From the NCBI RefSeq assembly GCF_006345805.1, contig NC_042999.1, positions 108,190,001-108,254,000 of the forward strand: a stretch of 64,000 nucleotides of DNA, written 5' to 3'. Both the position numbers and the translations under genes were made by a program. Below are positions 51,007 to 64,000 of the stretch, in pieces. Position 1 is the stretch's first letter. The number at the start of each line of letters is the position of its first letter. This DNA comes from Octopus sinensis. Its lineage: Eukaryota. The notes beneath the pieces are model-generated. The model saw nothing but the letters and a program-made list of their open reading frames with translations, made no database searches and was not told the origin of the DNA.

Positions 51007-51786
51007 TATGTGTGTGTATATGTATTTTTGTGTATAACATAGATATACTTATATATGTAGAAATATATGCATAATATGTGTATATTATATGTGCATAAAT
51101 GAAGAACATATATGTCTATGTATGTATACATAACAAGAATCGATAACAAGTAACCTAATTTATCAAGATTTCTGTCAAACAATATAATTGGGTGCACAAA
51201 ATTAGCTCAAATTCCATAATTCCAGAAACAATTTCCTGAAGAACTTTCACTCTGAGAATAAAATGCAGAGTATGATATCATAACACCCAAATAGATTTGT
51301 TTATCATCATTCTTAAGGCTGCTCTGCTATCTGTTATTAAAATCTTCTTGACCTACATTCTTTCTGAAACTGTTCTTATGTCAACTATCTGATAACCATT
51401 CTTCTCTTGATCTCTCTCAGCACAGTTCCATATCTTTAAGGTCTACTGCTACAGCAGATATCATTTACCATCATTTCGTAGCATATTTTCACATAACATC
51501 ATTTATTCTACCTATACTTGCATCATTTAGGGTGTCCTATTACTCTAGCTAACATCTAATATATCTTGAAGATATTTGTTAATGAATAATATTTTCATAA
51601 TATCTCATAAGAAGTAGCTTATATCATTAATTATACAATATTTGTGTAGCTTCTAATAACTATGAACATTTTATTTATTTACATTGGTACTGGCAATTTT
51701 CTTTTCGTTTTGTTGTATTTAGTAAATTATACATCTTATTCAAATATCCAATACGTCCAAAAGCAACATGCAGAAAGTTAATTACC

Positions 51787-52170
51787 GCAGGTACTGGTGT
51801 GTCTCTGTGGTAAGAAGCTTGCTTTTTAGCTTCCCAACCACATGGTTCTGGATTCAGTCCCACTGCATGACACCTTGGCAAGTATCTTCTACTATAGCTT
51901 CAAGCTGACCAAAGCCTTGTAAGTTGATTTAGTAGATGGAAACTGAAAGAAGTCTGTGTGTGTGTCCATGTTCATCTCCCATGAATGTTTGACAACTGGT
52001 GTTGATGTGTTTATGTTCCCACAACTTATCAGTTTGGCAAAAGTGACCAATAGAATAAGTACTAAGCTTTAAAAAACTAAGTCCTGATGTTGATTTGCTT
52101 GACTAAACCCTTCAAAGTGATGCTCCGGCATGGTCACAATCAAATGACTGAAACAAATAAAAGATAAAAG
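51787..52170 (+). mobile_element. Family-B SINE
   Basis: Head, CORE-like segment and 3' module as at 18389. Confidence 0.88.
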
Positions 52171-52796
52171 ATTTCCTGTCTTCATATCTCAAATATTTAG
52201 GATAAAATTTTACTTTTTATTATAATTTCATTAGCTTATTTTATTTTAATTTTTCTTTTTAATGATATTTTGCTTTTTACAAAAGATATATAATATTTAA
52301 TAATGAACTTATTGTATATAATGCTCAGGTGCACTACAAAGTGCTCAGGTGCAGGCATGGCTGTGTAACATCATGGTTTTGAGCCTGATGCCCTGCATAT
52401 TTCTATCACAGCCTCTAATTACTTCGTGTGTTGAATTTGATAGCTAGAACCTGTGCAAAAAACCTGTTATATAAATATATATGTGTATCTGTATTAGTGT
52501 CTATGTTTATACCAGTCTAAAAGCTGGTATTGTTTGTCTCTCATATACTTTGAATATAATAATTAAGTATAAGACGGAATTAAGCACTGGTTTCATATAA
52601 TCAATTAATGTTCTTGAAGCTAGTGCTCTAGCATGGCTGCACTCTAATGATTAAAACTATTAAAAGAATAAAAGAATAGAGAAGTTAGTATAACCATCAA
52701 TTATAAACAATTTTAATTCCTACCTAATGTGTAGCATGTGATTTCTAACCTATATAAAACTTCTCTGTTTGGCATCTCATGCCTGCTTCTCTAAGC

Positions 52797-52883
52797 TGAA
52801 CTCTGTATTTCCACCTGCTTGTGCATTTCATAAAATTTGGGATGGTGCCAGAAACTTTAAATTCTGTCTAGATGATAATAGTA
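52797..52883. repeat. Copy 1 of an 87-bp dispersed direct repeat
   Basis: Near-identical to 55150-55236. Confidence 0.9.
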
Positions 52884-53844
52884 AGCAACAACTAGAAGGT
52901 ATTCTCATCATTATACAAAATCAAAATTTTGAGTTAATATAAAAGAAAGCCAAGCAAACTACGATTGAAAATATATTTTCAGTTCTGTAATTGAATACGT
53001 TATAAATCAATTTGTCTACCTACTGTTGTAATTCTCTGTACTTTCTATGAATTTTGTGTATAATTCTGAAAGTTTGGTTGCTTTTTCTTAGAATATCTTA
53101 CTGCATATATTTTTATATTTTAGATTTTATATTCTAGGTAAAGAATACTAAGGGAAAAGAAAATTACATTAAAATATTTCTTTGTAAATCATAACTAGTA
53201 AATATCTTTAGAATAAACACTTAGAGAAATAAGTTACTGTTTCATATTGAGATTTAAAATTACCAAAACATACTATATAGATCAAACTTTGCTTGATAGC
53301 ATGTTCAATCAAACTTTACTATTGATAGTTTTTCATTCTCAATCAGCATCACCATCATCATAACATCTCATGCAGACATGCTATCCTGTGTAATCTTGTA
53401 AGTGCATAGGTAGCTGCATATTCTCTGCCTTTCCTCATTAATTGATAATAGAAGTGCTAAAAAGTTGTATTCTGAATCAACTACTGGCACAGAAATTTGT
53501 TTTTCAATCATGAAGCCCTGGCTTGATCCCACCATGTAACATCTTCAGAAAATATCTTTTACCTTTTGCCAACCTAAGCCAGGTGAGCTAAACTGGATAG
53601 ACAGCAATTGATTGAAAGTCCATAACATAGATTGTAACTCTAATTAAAAGGTTACACTGTCACATTGATTCTCCCTGAGAATATATAGATTATGGTTCTT
53701 CTTAATATTATGAAATTATGTTGAGAGTATACATATATGTTAAATATTCAGTAAGTTATATATTAATTCAATGATAAAGCCATGCTGTTATTTGAAGAAA
53801 TTGGAACACCCATTGTCGAAACCAACTAACATCTTTTTACTTAC

Positions 53845-53995
53845 AATTTCATGTATAAAAGCACTACTGTCTATGATTTTTCTATCACAATGAAATTTGC
53901 ACAGAAAATACCATTTGTTGGTCTGATAGCTGTAAATACTGAGTTCTGTTATAGAAGCAACCTCAATGGTCATCACTTGATGTGACATTAATGAC
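53845..53995 (-). CDS. Weak candidate internal exon (SLMSHQVMTIEV...SAFIHEI), product unrecognised
   Basis: Open frame bounded by tttag| acceptor and |gtaagt donor on the minus strand. No homology recognised and the polypyrimidine tract is poor. Confidence 0.15.
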
Positions 53996-55149
53996 CTAAA
54001 TTTAAACATAGTAAGCACTAATCAGATCTTTATTAATGTGAAAAAGTAGAAAGGAGAGTTTAGTCTCATTAATATCATTCAACAGAAAGGTAGAGAAGAT
54101 CTTTCAATTATAGATTCAAAAGTGGGTAAATATCAGCTCAACTTTCCTATTCGGATAATCTATGCATGTAAAAAAAAAAAAAAAAATCAATAAAATATCT
54201 TTACTTCCTTTGGAAATTAAAGAAACCCAGATTGAGCAATGATGCAATGAAGATCTTATGCCTGGCATGAATGACCTTTTTTTTGAGTCATGGGCTACAT
54301 GAGACAAGGCTCATCATCAACCAAGCCTCGCTACTAAAAAAAATTCCAGATGATTTTTCATTAATTATGCTATTCATAAAGTCCTGTGGACTGCACGCAA
54401 CCCATCAGTCACAGTTTGTCCTTGACTACCTTATACCATTGCAAGATTCAGTTGATTGTTGCAAACTTTATAACTATCTCATTAGTCAACATAAAGGTTT
54501 TTTTTTTAAAACAGTACCCACAAAAGTGATGTTGCATTCATACTAACTATACCGAGCCTGAAAAAGATATGCTAACTATGAATACCTTCTTATCCTCAAT
54601 GCATCAATAATAACAAATTTCTGGGTTTATTGTTTTCAGGGCAGATTCTAGTCCTTAAAGAAATAATCTGCTTCTATGTTAGTGTTGTTTGCATTGTGAA
54701 CTTTCAATTTTCAAACAATTGACTCTAATTAATATTTTATATTCTGGTGCCACTTTTTGAAATTTATAACATGTATTGACTCAGCTTCTAATTGCATATA
54801 AATATACAGCTTCATAGGATGATGAGTCATTTTATTTAATCTTATCTTCTCTGTGAGATCCAAGGTCTTGAAATATAACCTCACCCCTTACGTGATTTTC
54901 TTCTATGGATATTGTCTGCTGATAATATATGTCACCTTTGTGCAACACATGCCTCTATTTGTACATTTGCCTATCTGCAATACATTTAATCCCAAGCCAC
55001 TCTATCAGCTCATTACACACGAAGCTAACTTGCCAGACTTTTAGTATATAATAGTAGTTGTTGCATAAGGTTTGAAATATCAGAATAAAAAGCAAAAGAA
55101 AATACATAAATAATAGATAAATAAATCTATAACTTTAATTTCTCTTTCT

Positions 55150-55236
55150 TGAACTTTGTATTCCACCTGCTTGTGCATTTCATGAAATTTGAGATGGTGC
55201 CAACATCTTTGAATTCTGTCTATATTAATAATAGTA
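55150..55236. repeat. Copy 2 of the 87-bp dispersed direct repeat
   Basis: Near-identical to 52797-52883. Confidence 0.9.
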
Positions 55237-55789
55237 GATATTGTCATATATTCTACCAGTCTGTTTTTTCCTTGCCCCAAAATTGAATTTTTTTCCTCTT
55301 ACACTTGGAAGTTGTATTCTATTATTTGCAGTTCTGTTCATATAAATCATTGTTGCTGTTGTTATTGTTGCTAATACTACTAAGTTTCTTTTTCTTTTTT
55401 CATATTCTTGTTTATCTGACTTCCTTTTAATAACATACCCTATACAGTTTTCTTTACATTTCATGCTTTATTCATTTTTCTATATCACTTTAATGTTTCC
55501 TTCTTATATTAATCTATTATATTTTTTTTTCCTCCTGCTAATTATTTTTTCATGTTATTTGGTATTGCAGTTGTTGTTGTTGTTGTTGTTCATGTTGTTT
55601 GTATGGTAATTTCTCCAGCAGTTTCATTTATTCTCTTGTATTTTATCATCTCCATAACTGAAATCCTACCCATTAGCTTACAAAACTATTTTTCAGTCTT
55701 GATATACTAACAAATTCCAATTTTCTACCAATCCTAAAGAAAATAGTATTGATTATGTAATGAACTGAATCCTGTTTAGCATTGCTGCT

Positions 55790-55837
55790 GTATATGTATG
55801 TATTTGCGACTACACACTACACAGATACACATACATA

Positions 55838-55891
<54 letters not shown>

Positions 55892-56112
55892 CATATGCAT
55901 ACACATGTGAATGTATGCACAAACATATGTATTCATATATGCATATACACAAAAATATATATGCATACATACAGATGTAAATACATATATGTGTATATGT
56001 ACATATATAGTATATATATGCGTGTGTGTGCATATTTATGTACATACATATGTATATATGTGTGTCTATATATATATGTATGTATGTATATATGCATGTA
56101 TATATGTATATA

Positions 56113-56158
<46 letters not shown>

Positions 56159-56205
56159 ACATATATATATTGCACACACACACACATAATCATCATCATC
56201 ATCAA
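55790..56205. repeat. Compound TA/TG/CA microsatellite; a similar tract lies at 56875-57090
   Basis: Directly visible; source of spurious ORFs. Confidence 0.95.
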
Positions 56206-57012
56206 ATGTGTGTCTTAGATTCCGACACCATTAAGTCTACTTGCATTTTAGAATAATATGGCAAGGTATGTATTTGAAACATTCCTTACTATTTATCATC
56301 CTTAATTTCTCTCTCCCCACCACTTTTTTTTTTGTCAGAGATTTTGCAATAAACATCTTTATAGATACATTCAGAAATATATCCATACACATATTTACAA
56401 TCCTACACATACATTCATAAATATATCCATATGTATCCTTACAGTCTTATACATATATGCATGTACATTTAGACATACTTATGTACATAACCATATGCAT
56501 ATACACTAGTATATATATGTGAAAAAAAAGAGAGAGATCAAGTGGGTGAATTAACTTCACTATGATTTTGTTTAATGTCAAAGTCTCAAAACAAAAGAAC
56601 AGAAGGTAAAACTAATATTATAGATGCAAGAGGAATAGATAAACAACAAAACACATTTTATGTGTAAGAAATTCTCTAATTTGGACATTGAACAAAATCT
56701 AAGTAGTTATAACTGGCTTTTCTATATTGGTAAATTTTTGGTAAGTCTCTTCATATTGGAAGTAAGATAGTTCCTCAACTCAGACAACCTTCTCAGATCT
56801 GTCATTAAGATTCAGTTTTCTTGGAAAATCTACATCTCCTTTGAGAGAAAGAAAATTGAAAACTGATGCCAATGTACATGCACATACATACACACAAATA
56901 CATAAATTTATACATATACACAGATATATTTATGTACGTGTATATATATGTATGTATATATGTATATGTGTGTATGTATATATATATGTATATGTGTGTA
57001 TGTATATATATA

Positions 57013-57058
<46 letters not shown>

Positions 57059-58369
57059 CTCACTTTCTACATTATGTATACATATACATAATGTCGAAAA
57101 AGATTCCAACAGCTTCTCTTTTTTTTTATTGCTAAAATACCCAAAGAAAGACACTTTCTAAGATTTTTTGTTTTCTCTTTCTTTTTCTTTCCTTTTCCTT
57201 TTTCTAAAAAGAATATTTCTGACGTTATTTTTAAAAATAGTTTTGAAACTGATTTCTGTTCAATAGATCTTGTGCCTGTCTTTGAATATGTTGAATTATA
57301 TTTTTATTTAATGCTTACTGTCTGTACACTAAAATTTATAGCATCCAGATTTATACAATTGTTGTTTTGTTTTTCCCCATGTGTGAACGCATATTTCTTT
57401 AAATTTATATATCTGGGTAATTTTGCTTATTTCTATGTATGTGTTTGATTATGCCTAGGTGTGTGTGTGTGTGTGTAGCTGAATTTTAATTTGTAAAGAC
57501 ATATCTTGCTACTAGTAATACTGATGCTTTTGATAGAGAACTGTTACTCACCAAAGTTTGTTGTCAGTTTCATTTAACAATTTCCTCCCATAATTCATAT
57601 GTTTTTTTACGTCCTTGACTATGCTAAACTTTAGAAACTGTCCATACTCCTGGAGTAAATATTGAAATTATTGTCCATCCAAGATGGTCAAGTATTCACT
57701 CTTAAAGGTTTTTGACTTTTTCTAGAAATGAAGTTAAAACTAAATGGAAATGTTACCTCATGATTTACTGAATGCACTTTTATTACAACCAATAACTTAC
57801 AAATATTTTGTAAGGAAGCCATGCTTCTATATCAGAAAGATTATCAATCAATCCACTTATGTGTAGCTAACATTATGTTAAAGGATTTTAGAATCTGGTT
57901 TTCCCTCTCAAACATTAACATTTTATATTTATGATTTAGAAAATATCTGCCAGATCCATAACTGAGATGGTCTTCTTTTGTATGTAAGGAAGGGAAATTC
58001 ATCAATTTAATGCTTCCATTGTTACTATTTAGAAAAATATTTTCTTGTTAGATATTAGGTGCATTCATGGCTGTGTAGTATTTTGGGGAATTGACTTCTA
58101 CTGTAGCTGCAATATAAGTCTCACCTTATGAGTGAAATTTTGTAGAAGGAAGCTGTGCAGAAGCAGTAAAGTTTTTATGAATGTATATTTCCTTGTTTAA
58201 GCTTGTGTATTAGAAATATCACCACTTGATTTTTAAAGTCAGTATTGTATTGAACAAGTAACTTACCCACTCAATCAAATATAGATGAATAAAATAAGTA
58301 TCAGTTGGAAGTAAGTACTATGATCAATATCATTGACCAAACTCCATTCTCGCTGTAGGTAGTGCCTTG

Positions 58370-58633
58370 TTGTTTGTCCCTTCTCAAGCCATGCCTGGCT
58401 CATAAGGGCCGGTTTCCTTGGTGTATAGGTTCCTCACCTGAACGGGACGCTGGTCCGTCGCAGGTGAGCTGCAAGATGCAGAAGGAAAGAGTGAGAGAAA
58501 GTTGTGGCGAAAGAGTCAGCAGAAGTTTGCCATTACCTTCTGCCGGAGCCACGTGGAGCTTAGGTGTTTCGCTCATAAACACACACATCACCCGGTCTGA
58601 AATTCGAACTCGTGATCCCTCAACTGCCTCCAC
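58370..58633 (-). mobile_element. Young family-D-related SINE with 13-bp TSD, nested in an older family-B 3' module
   Basis: TSD aggtagtgccttg at 58357-58369 and 58634-58646. B box gagttcgaattt. The tail ggaaaccggcccttatgagcc..gc resembles that of 26025. Confidence 0.9.
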
Positions 58634-59339
58634 AGGTAGTGCCTTGGTATGGATACAACCCAATAACTGACAGTGAAAGCAAAATAAAGCAAGGAAATTG
58701 TATTGGGAGCCTAATATTCAATTCAAAAGAGAACACTGTTGTTGTTTAGCTCTAGGACTGAATTGTGCAATGTGTCTTTGCTATTAAAGAAGGCAGGGGT
58801 CAGTTCGAGGGAACTTTGACTTCTAATTCTAGTAAGTGAAGTTATTCTGTAGAAGTTTCCTTACTGGCTTGTAAACCATTCTACTGGTTATGCAGGTTCA
58901 AAAACTATGAAGCTGTTTCTATGTGACATTTATCTCATATGGACACAACACAGGCAAGACCAAATGGTTAAGAAGTTCTTTTCATAATGATAATGTTCCA
59001 ACTTTGATCCCACAACATGACAACTTGGGGGAAATGTCTTTTACTATAGCATCTAAGTTTTGTGAGTGAAACTAGGGGAACAGAAATGGTGTAGAACCCT
59101 ATTGGATGCACTGTACTTGTAATACATGTAATTCAAAGGTCCACCTTTGTGTGTCACACTGATTTGGATGTTAATTGTGTAAGTATTTGTGGAATACTCA
59201 TTCACTTACACTATGACTCAATGAGTTCACTTGATTGAACCACTGAGTATTCCTTATCTCAACTACAAAAGTCTGTATACATATGTTGGCTACAGCATGT
59301 ACAGGGTTTGTAGTTCTGTAAGCAGCATAGTGACCTCAG

Positions 59340-59535
59340 TAATGCAGGTGGCATGAAAAAAAAAAGCACCCAGTCAGTGGTTGGCATCAGGAAGAGCATC
59401 CTGCCAAGGAAACCATGCCAAAATAGACAATGAAGCACAATGTAGTCTTTGGACACATTGAATCCTGTCTCAAATCGTCCAACCCATTCAAGCATAGAAC
59501 ACAGACGTTAAATGGTGATGAGGATGATGATGATG
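59340..59535 (+). mobile_element. Family-C repeat
   Basis: gtggttggcatcaggaagagcatcc...cgtccaaccca...gacgttaaatggtgatg. Confidence 0.8.
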
Positions 59536-62364
59536 CAGTAACAGCACAATTCTCTGTTGTGAGACAGGGCTGATAGTATGTAATTTACTGGAAAAGTCCA
59601 TAAAAATGAGCTTTTAGCATGGTGAAACTAATGGTAAAAACTATTTACAAAACATATTTGTTGCTGCTGTTGTTGTTTAGCCTCCAGATCAACTGCTATC
59701 CAGCAGAGCTGTGATTGAAGTAAGTTGTGTCATGATCATTTCTGTCAGTTTTTTCAGACATCATCGCTTCTATAACTACTTTATACAATGTGACTCTCTC
59801 TCTCTCTTTCACAGTTTTAAGATGGTAGACTATGATGGGAAGGGGATTTGGTTGTTATTTCTAACAGATTAAGCAACCTCTTAGAGATTTGCTCAAATGC
59901 TTGCCAGAGAAGTCTAAAGGTCAGGTGATGTCACTCGAAGTCAAACGAAAACACATTTAGCTAATATAAAAATACCATGAAATTTAAAAGAAAAGTAGTA
60001 ATTTAATAAAGATATAAAAAAAACATAGCTAGGAGAATATGAAAAAAAACTAGATTACAAAAGAGTAAAGGATAAAAAAGGGTGTGTGAGAAAAGAAGAT
60101 ATAAATAGGAGTTTAAAGACGAAGATAGTGTGTGATAGAAGAAATGCTGCTCTTACTGAAGGTAGTGAGTGGATTGGAATGCGTGAAGTATGTCCTGACA
60201 TAGTGATAAGATGGCTGAATGTTGAAAGAGCAAAGTTGGCAAGATTTTATGAGTGTATATAATAGTATGATAAAAGTGTTTTTATCTATTATTGGAATTT
60301 AGTAAAATAAAAGCATGAAAAAAAAAAAGCAACTATTTTCCAGCTAACATTTTGTTGGTTGTTATTTCAATACAGTAAAATGAACTGTCTAAAAAATAAA
60401 TAGAAAACTAAATTAATGGACTTAGGTGTTTTGTTGGCATATTTTCTCTGATAATTTCTTTTCATGTCACCTCTTATAAATTTTTGATACCAAACAAAAT
60501 CTGACATAGACTTTAACAACTCTTCTAAAGAATAGGAAATGAAAATTTTTGTAAATCAGCAGAAAGGATAAACAAAGAAATAAAGATGAAAAATCCATAA
60601 ATTAATGAAATAAATTATCTTTTTAATATCTGCTTTATTTTAGCAATGCTGAAATTATGTGGTTAAGATTAAACTACAATGGCTTGAACAAAGATAATTG
60701 CTCCTTGCATCATATACCTAAATCTTGTCTTTTACTTATGCCTTTCATCTTGTCTTTATCTTACACATTAGGAAATAAATAGCACATCATATGATGAAGG
60801 AACTAATCAAAGCATTTGATAAAATTACAAATGAATAACACTTATATATGTTGTTGTTCTTTTGCCCCAAGTCAGCCTTGATTGAGCAGAATTATGATCA
60901 TCATTTTTTCTTTTATTTTTCAATACTTGGTATATCTAGGGTAACAGTTTCAAATGTGCCTTATTCTTCCTTAAGATGGTATGATGTGATTTGAGGGAGA
61001 TTTGACTGGTATTTCTGTAAACCTCATAGAGATTTCTCTGATTCATTAGTTTTAAGACTATGTTCATAGGACCTGCATCGTGTTAAACATAACAGTGGTC
61101 ACAAATTTGAGATGTAATTAGACAGTGTTAGCATCTGTTCAGAGTGTTTCTCTTAAAAGCCATTCAGTTAAATTTGCATTTTTACTATGTGGGGACTAAC
61201 ATGCAAAATAATATACCAAGCATTTCCTCTGCATGTCATAAAAAGCAACTAAAAGAGACTGAGGTAGGAGTTGCACTCTGAACTTGTAAAACTCTAATTA
61301 GCAATGACTGCTCTAAATAGACCCATGGGTTGGAGGGTTGTTACTTGAGTGGTACAAAGGTGTCATACACCAGGAATAGGGACTCGCCAATAAATGACGG
61401 ATGCAGTACTGCACCATTATAGCATGTCCTGATACAATTATTACTGTTGCTCTTAACACAGCCTTTGGATTAAACTTTGATTATTGTATTGCTATAATAT
61501 TTGTCTTATCATAAAATTATTTAACTCTTATAAAATGATGGAATGTGAGGTTTTTATGAGGATTTCTCACTACTTTTTCCCTTCAAACTATAATAATTTG
61601 CAATTCATGCTCTTTTACAATTTCGTGATATCATTCAGATAAAGGGATGTAAAACAAAACGAAGCAAACTTCAGTTTTCACTGAAGAACCTTTTATGAGG
61701 ATTGACTTTTAAATATATTTTAATTTAAATTAGCTTTATAAAGATTAATTGATTCTGTAATGAGGAAAATATAAATATTGTTAATATAGTTGTTTGTTTG
61801 TTTTTTTCCCTTCTTCTATTATATATTTTATTTTACATTGATGGTATGTTGGAGTAAATAAATTAACACTCAAATAAAAAATTATAAACAGATTTAAATG
61901 AAAGGTATGTTATTTTCATTGCAGCTGGATTAGAAAAGATAGAAGTGTATGCACACTAGGTGGTGTTTAAAGAACCAGGTTTTAAATAGCAAATGTTTAA
62001 TGCCGCAAGTTATCAGTGGTTTTCTAAATAAAATGTGCATGAGGATTGAAAATATTTCATGTCATTAATGAAAATGGAAAATATTTCTACATCTTTTTAA
62101 TTTTTTGTTTTGTTTCTTCAGAGTTGCAGCGAAAAGAACAAAAAAAACATAATAGTTACAAACACTGAAATATAAATCATAGCATTAACTAACTGTGAGC
62201 ATTCCATTATGATTACAACTATTGTTAACCTTCTCGTTCCAAATCAAAAGCCTCTGAAATTTACCAAATTCTAATGTTACAGTCTAATAAACTTGTCATT
62301 AACATAATTATTTACAATTATTTGCTAAAATTTTCTTGAAATGAAATCTTATAAATCAGAAATA

Positions 62365-62565
62365 TATTCTTTCCTCTACAGGCACAAGGCCTGAACTTTG
62401 AGAGTAGGGAACTAGTTGATTATATTGAGTCCTGTACTCAGCTGGTAACTATTTTATCAATTCTAGAAGGATGAAAGACAAAGTCAACTCAGGATGTAAA
62501 GTGAGAAGAAATACTGCTAGACATTTTGTCTGGTGGGCTTAACGATTGTCCTAGCTTGCTGCCTT
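62365..62565 (-). mobile_element. Family-A SINE, decayed
   Basis: aggcacaaggcctgaa...aaggatgaaagacaaagtcaac. Confidence 0.75.
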
Positions 62566-62689
62566 CATAAATTAAAAATATATTAATTGTACACAGCATG
62601 AATTAAGGTTTGTCATATAAATGCAAGGATAGAAAATTGATGAAATTAGTTGAGAAATGGACAAAATTCTTCACATTATTTAGTTTCTT

Positions 62690-63140
62690 ACCTTTTCTAC
62701 TCTAGGCACTGGTCCTGAAATTTGGGGGGAGGGGACCAGTCAATAAGATTGACTCCAGTATGCAACTTGTACTTAATTTATCAACCACCTTTACATTCTA
62801 AATTCTAACCTTTACATTCTAAATTCAAATTCCACCAAGATCAACTTTGCCTTTCTTCATTCCAGAGTTAATAAAATAAGCACTAGTTAAGTACTGGGGC
62901 CAATGTAATCAACTGCTCCCTCCTTAAAAAATTTCTGTCCAGGTGCTGGTGCCATATAAAAGTACTCCTGCTGGTGCACCCAATACACTCTGTAGAGTAG
63001 TTGACATTAGGAAGGGCATCCAGCTGTAGAAACCATGCTAGAACAGACAATGAAGCCTGGTGCAACCCCCACCCTTACCAGCTCTGGTCAAACCATCCAG
63101 CCCATGCTGGAATAGAAAATGGATGTTAAATAATGACAAT
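62690..63140. mobile_element. Inverted pair of family-A fragments (62690-62790 minus; about 62805-62950 plus) running into a family-C tail (62940-63140)
   Basis: Motif matches to 28957 and 35468. Confidence 0.75.
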
Positions 63141-63674
63141 GTGTCAAAGATGAAAATCATAGCACAAATGCAAAACGTTAGCTAAATGTTTACTTTAGGA
63201 AACGAGCAAAAACAACTTGAACATAGAAGTAGTACAAATGATACTTATTTCTTTTATTTATATATATATATATGTGAATACGTGCTCCTTTATTATTTTG
63301 TTTGTATCTTCCATTACACATGCACCTTGTGTATGTGTGCGGGGGTATGTGCATTAAAAGAAGCAGGATTCAACTCTAATATAAAATTCTTCAATTATTA
63401 TGAACACATTAATAATAATAACAAGCTTTCCTAATAAAACAAAAACTAATGATAAATTTAACAGTAAAAATATGTATATAATAATAAAAGACAATATAAC
63501 AAGCTAAATAGAGATAAAAATAATATAGTTGTTAATAATGATAATGAGAATATAAGCAATAGTAAGAAACATAGTGAAGTATACATAAAGTTATATAATA
63601 TGCCAAAAATGACACCCAACCACAGAATACAGCTTTTAGGGGGCTTGTTCAATGCTCGCCATCTTCAAAAGTGC

Positions 63675-63805
63675 AGGTGTAAAACTGATAGGGATTGTCA
63701 GTGTCATTAAAGCATTAGAATTAGTGCTACCTAAAGACTTAGGCACATGGAATCAGCGCTACCTAAAGACTTGGGCACATGTGAGGTCATTGGACCTCAC
63801 ATGCT
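63675..63805 (+). repeat. Possible RLE fragment with a 24-bp tandem duplication and an 11-bp hairpin
   Basis: gctacctaaagactt(a/g)ggcacatg at 63726 and 63758; catgtgaggtc-attg-gacctcacatg; frame VSVIKALELVLPKDL weakly resembles VVIGALG.VPK.L. Confidence 0.5.
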
Positions 63806-64000
63806 TAAAGATCCATTTCTGATCTATGTATGTTGTAGCTTATTGTCAATAACTATATACTATAAAGTATGTTAAATGTTTTTCTAAGCCAATACCATGT
63901 CCTACTTTGTTAGCAGTACACTTTACATCACTTAAGTTTATTTCTACAGATATTCTATAGAAATTATAGCCAGCACTGATTTTTGTTATGATGTTTCATA

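Overview
AT-rich eukaryotic DNA with no intact, recognisable protein-coding gene. It reads as a large intron or intergenic region. The tRNA-derived SINE families and the very dense (TA)n/(CA)n/(ATG)n microsatellites suggest an octopod cephalopod (Octopus-like) genome; this is an inference from repeat recognition, not a database search. The window is mostly decayed transposable elements: a full-length but dead mariner (TIRs + TA TSD) nested in a decayed RLE-type non-LTR retrotransposon, a Tc1 relic, an internally deleted hAT, several RTE fragments, two complete non-autonomous Helitrons, a Helentron-like element, a piggyBac-like MITE and dozens of SINEs from at least five modular families. The most interesting signals are RNA-structural: Penelope-like element ends with minimal hammerhead-ribozyme motifs (clearest at 23088-23135), and long fold-backs from inverted SINE pairs and a MITE-like palindrome that are candidate ADAR substrates. 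There is also an unexplained 87-bp duplicated motif (52797/55150). I could not support a clearly new multi-gene system. Nearly all long ORFs are microsatellite artefacts, and coordinates of decayed repeats are approximate.
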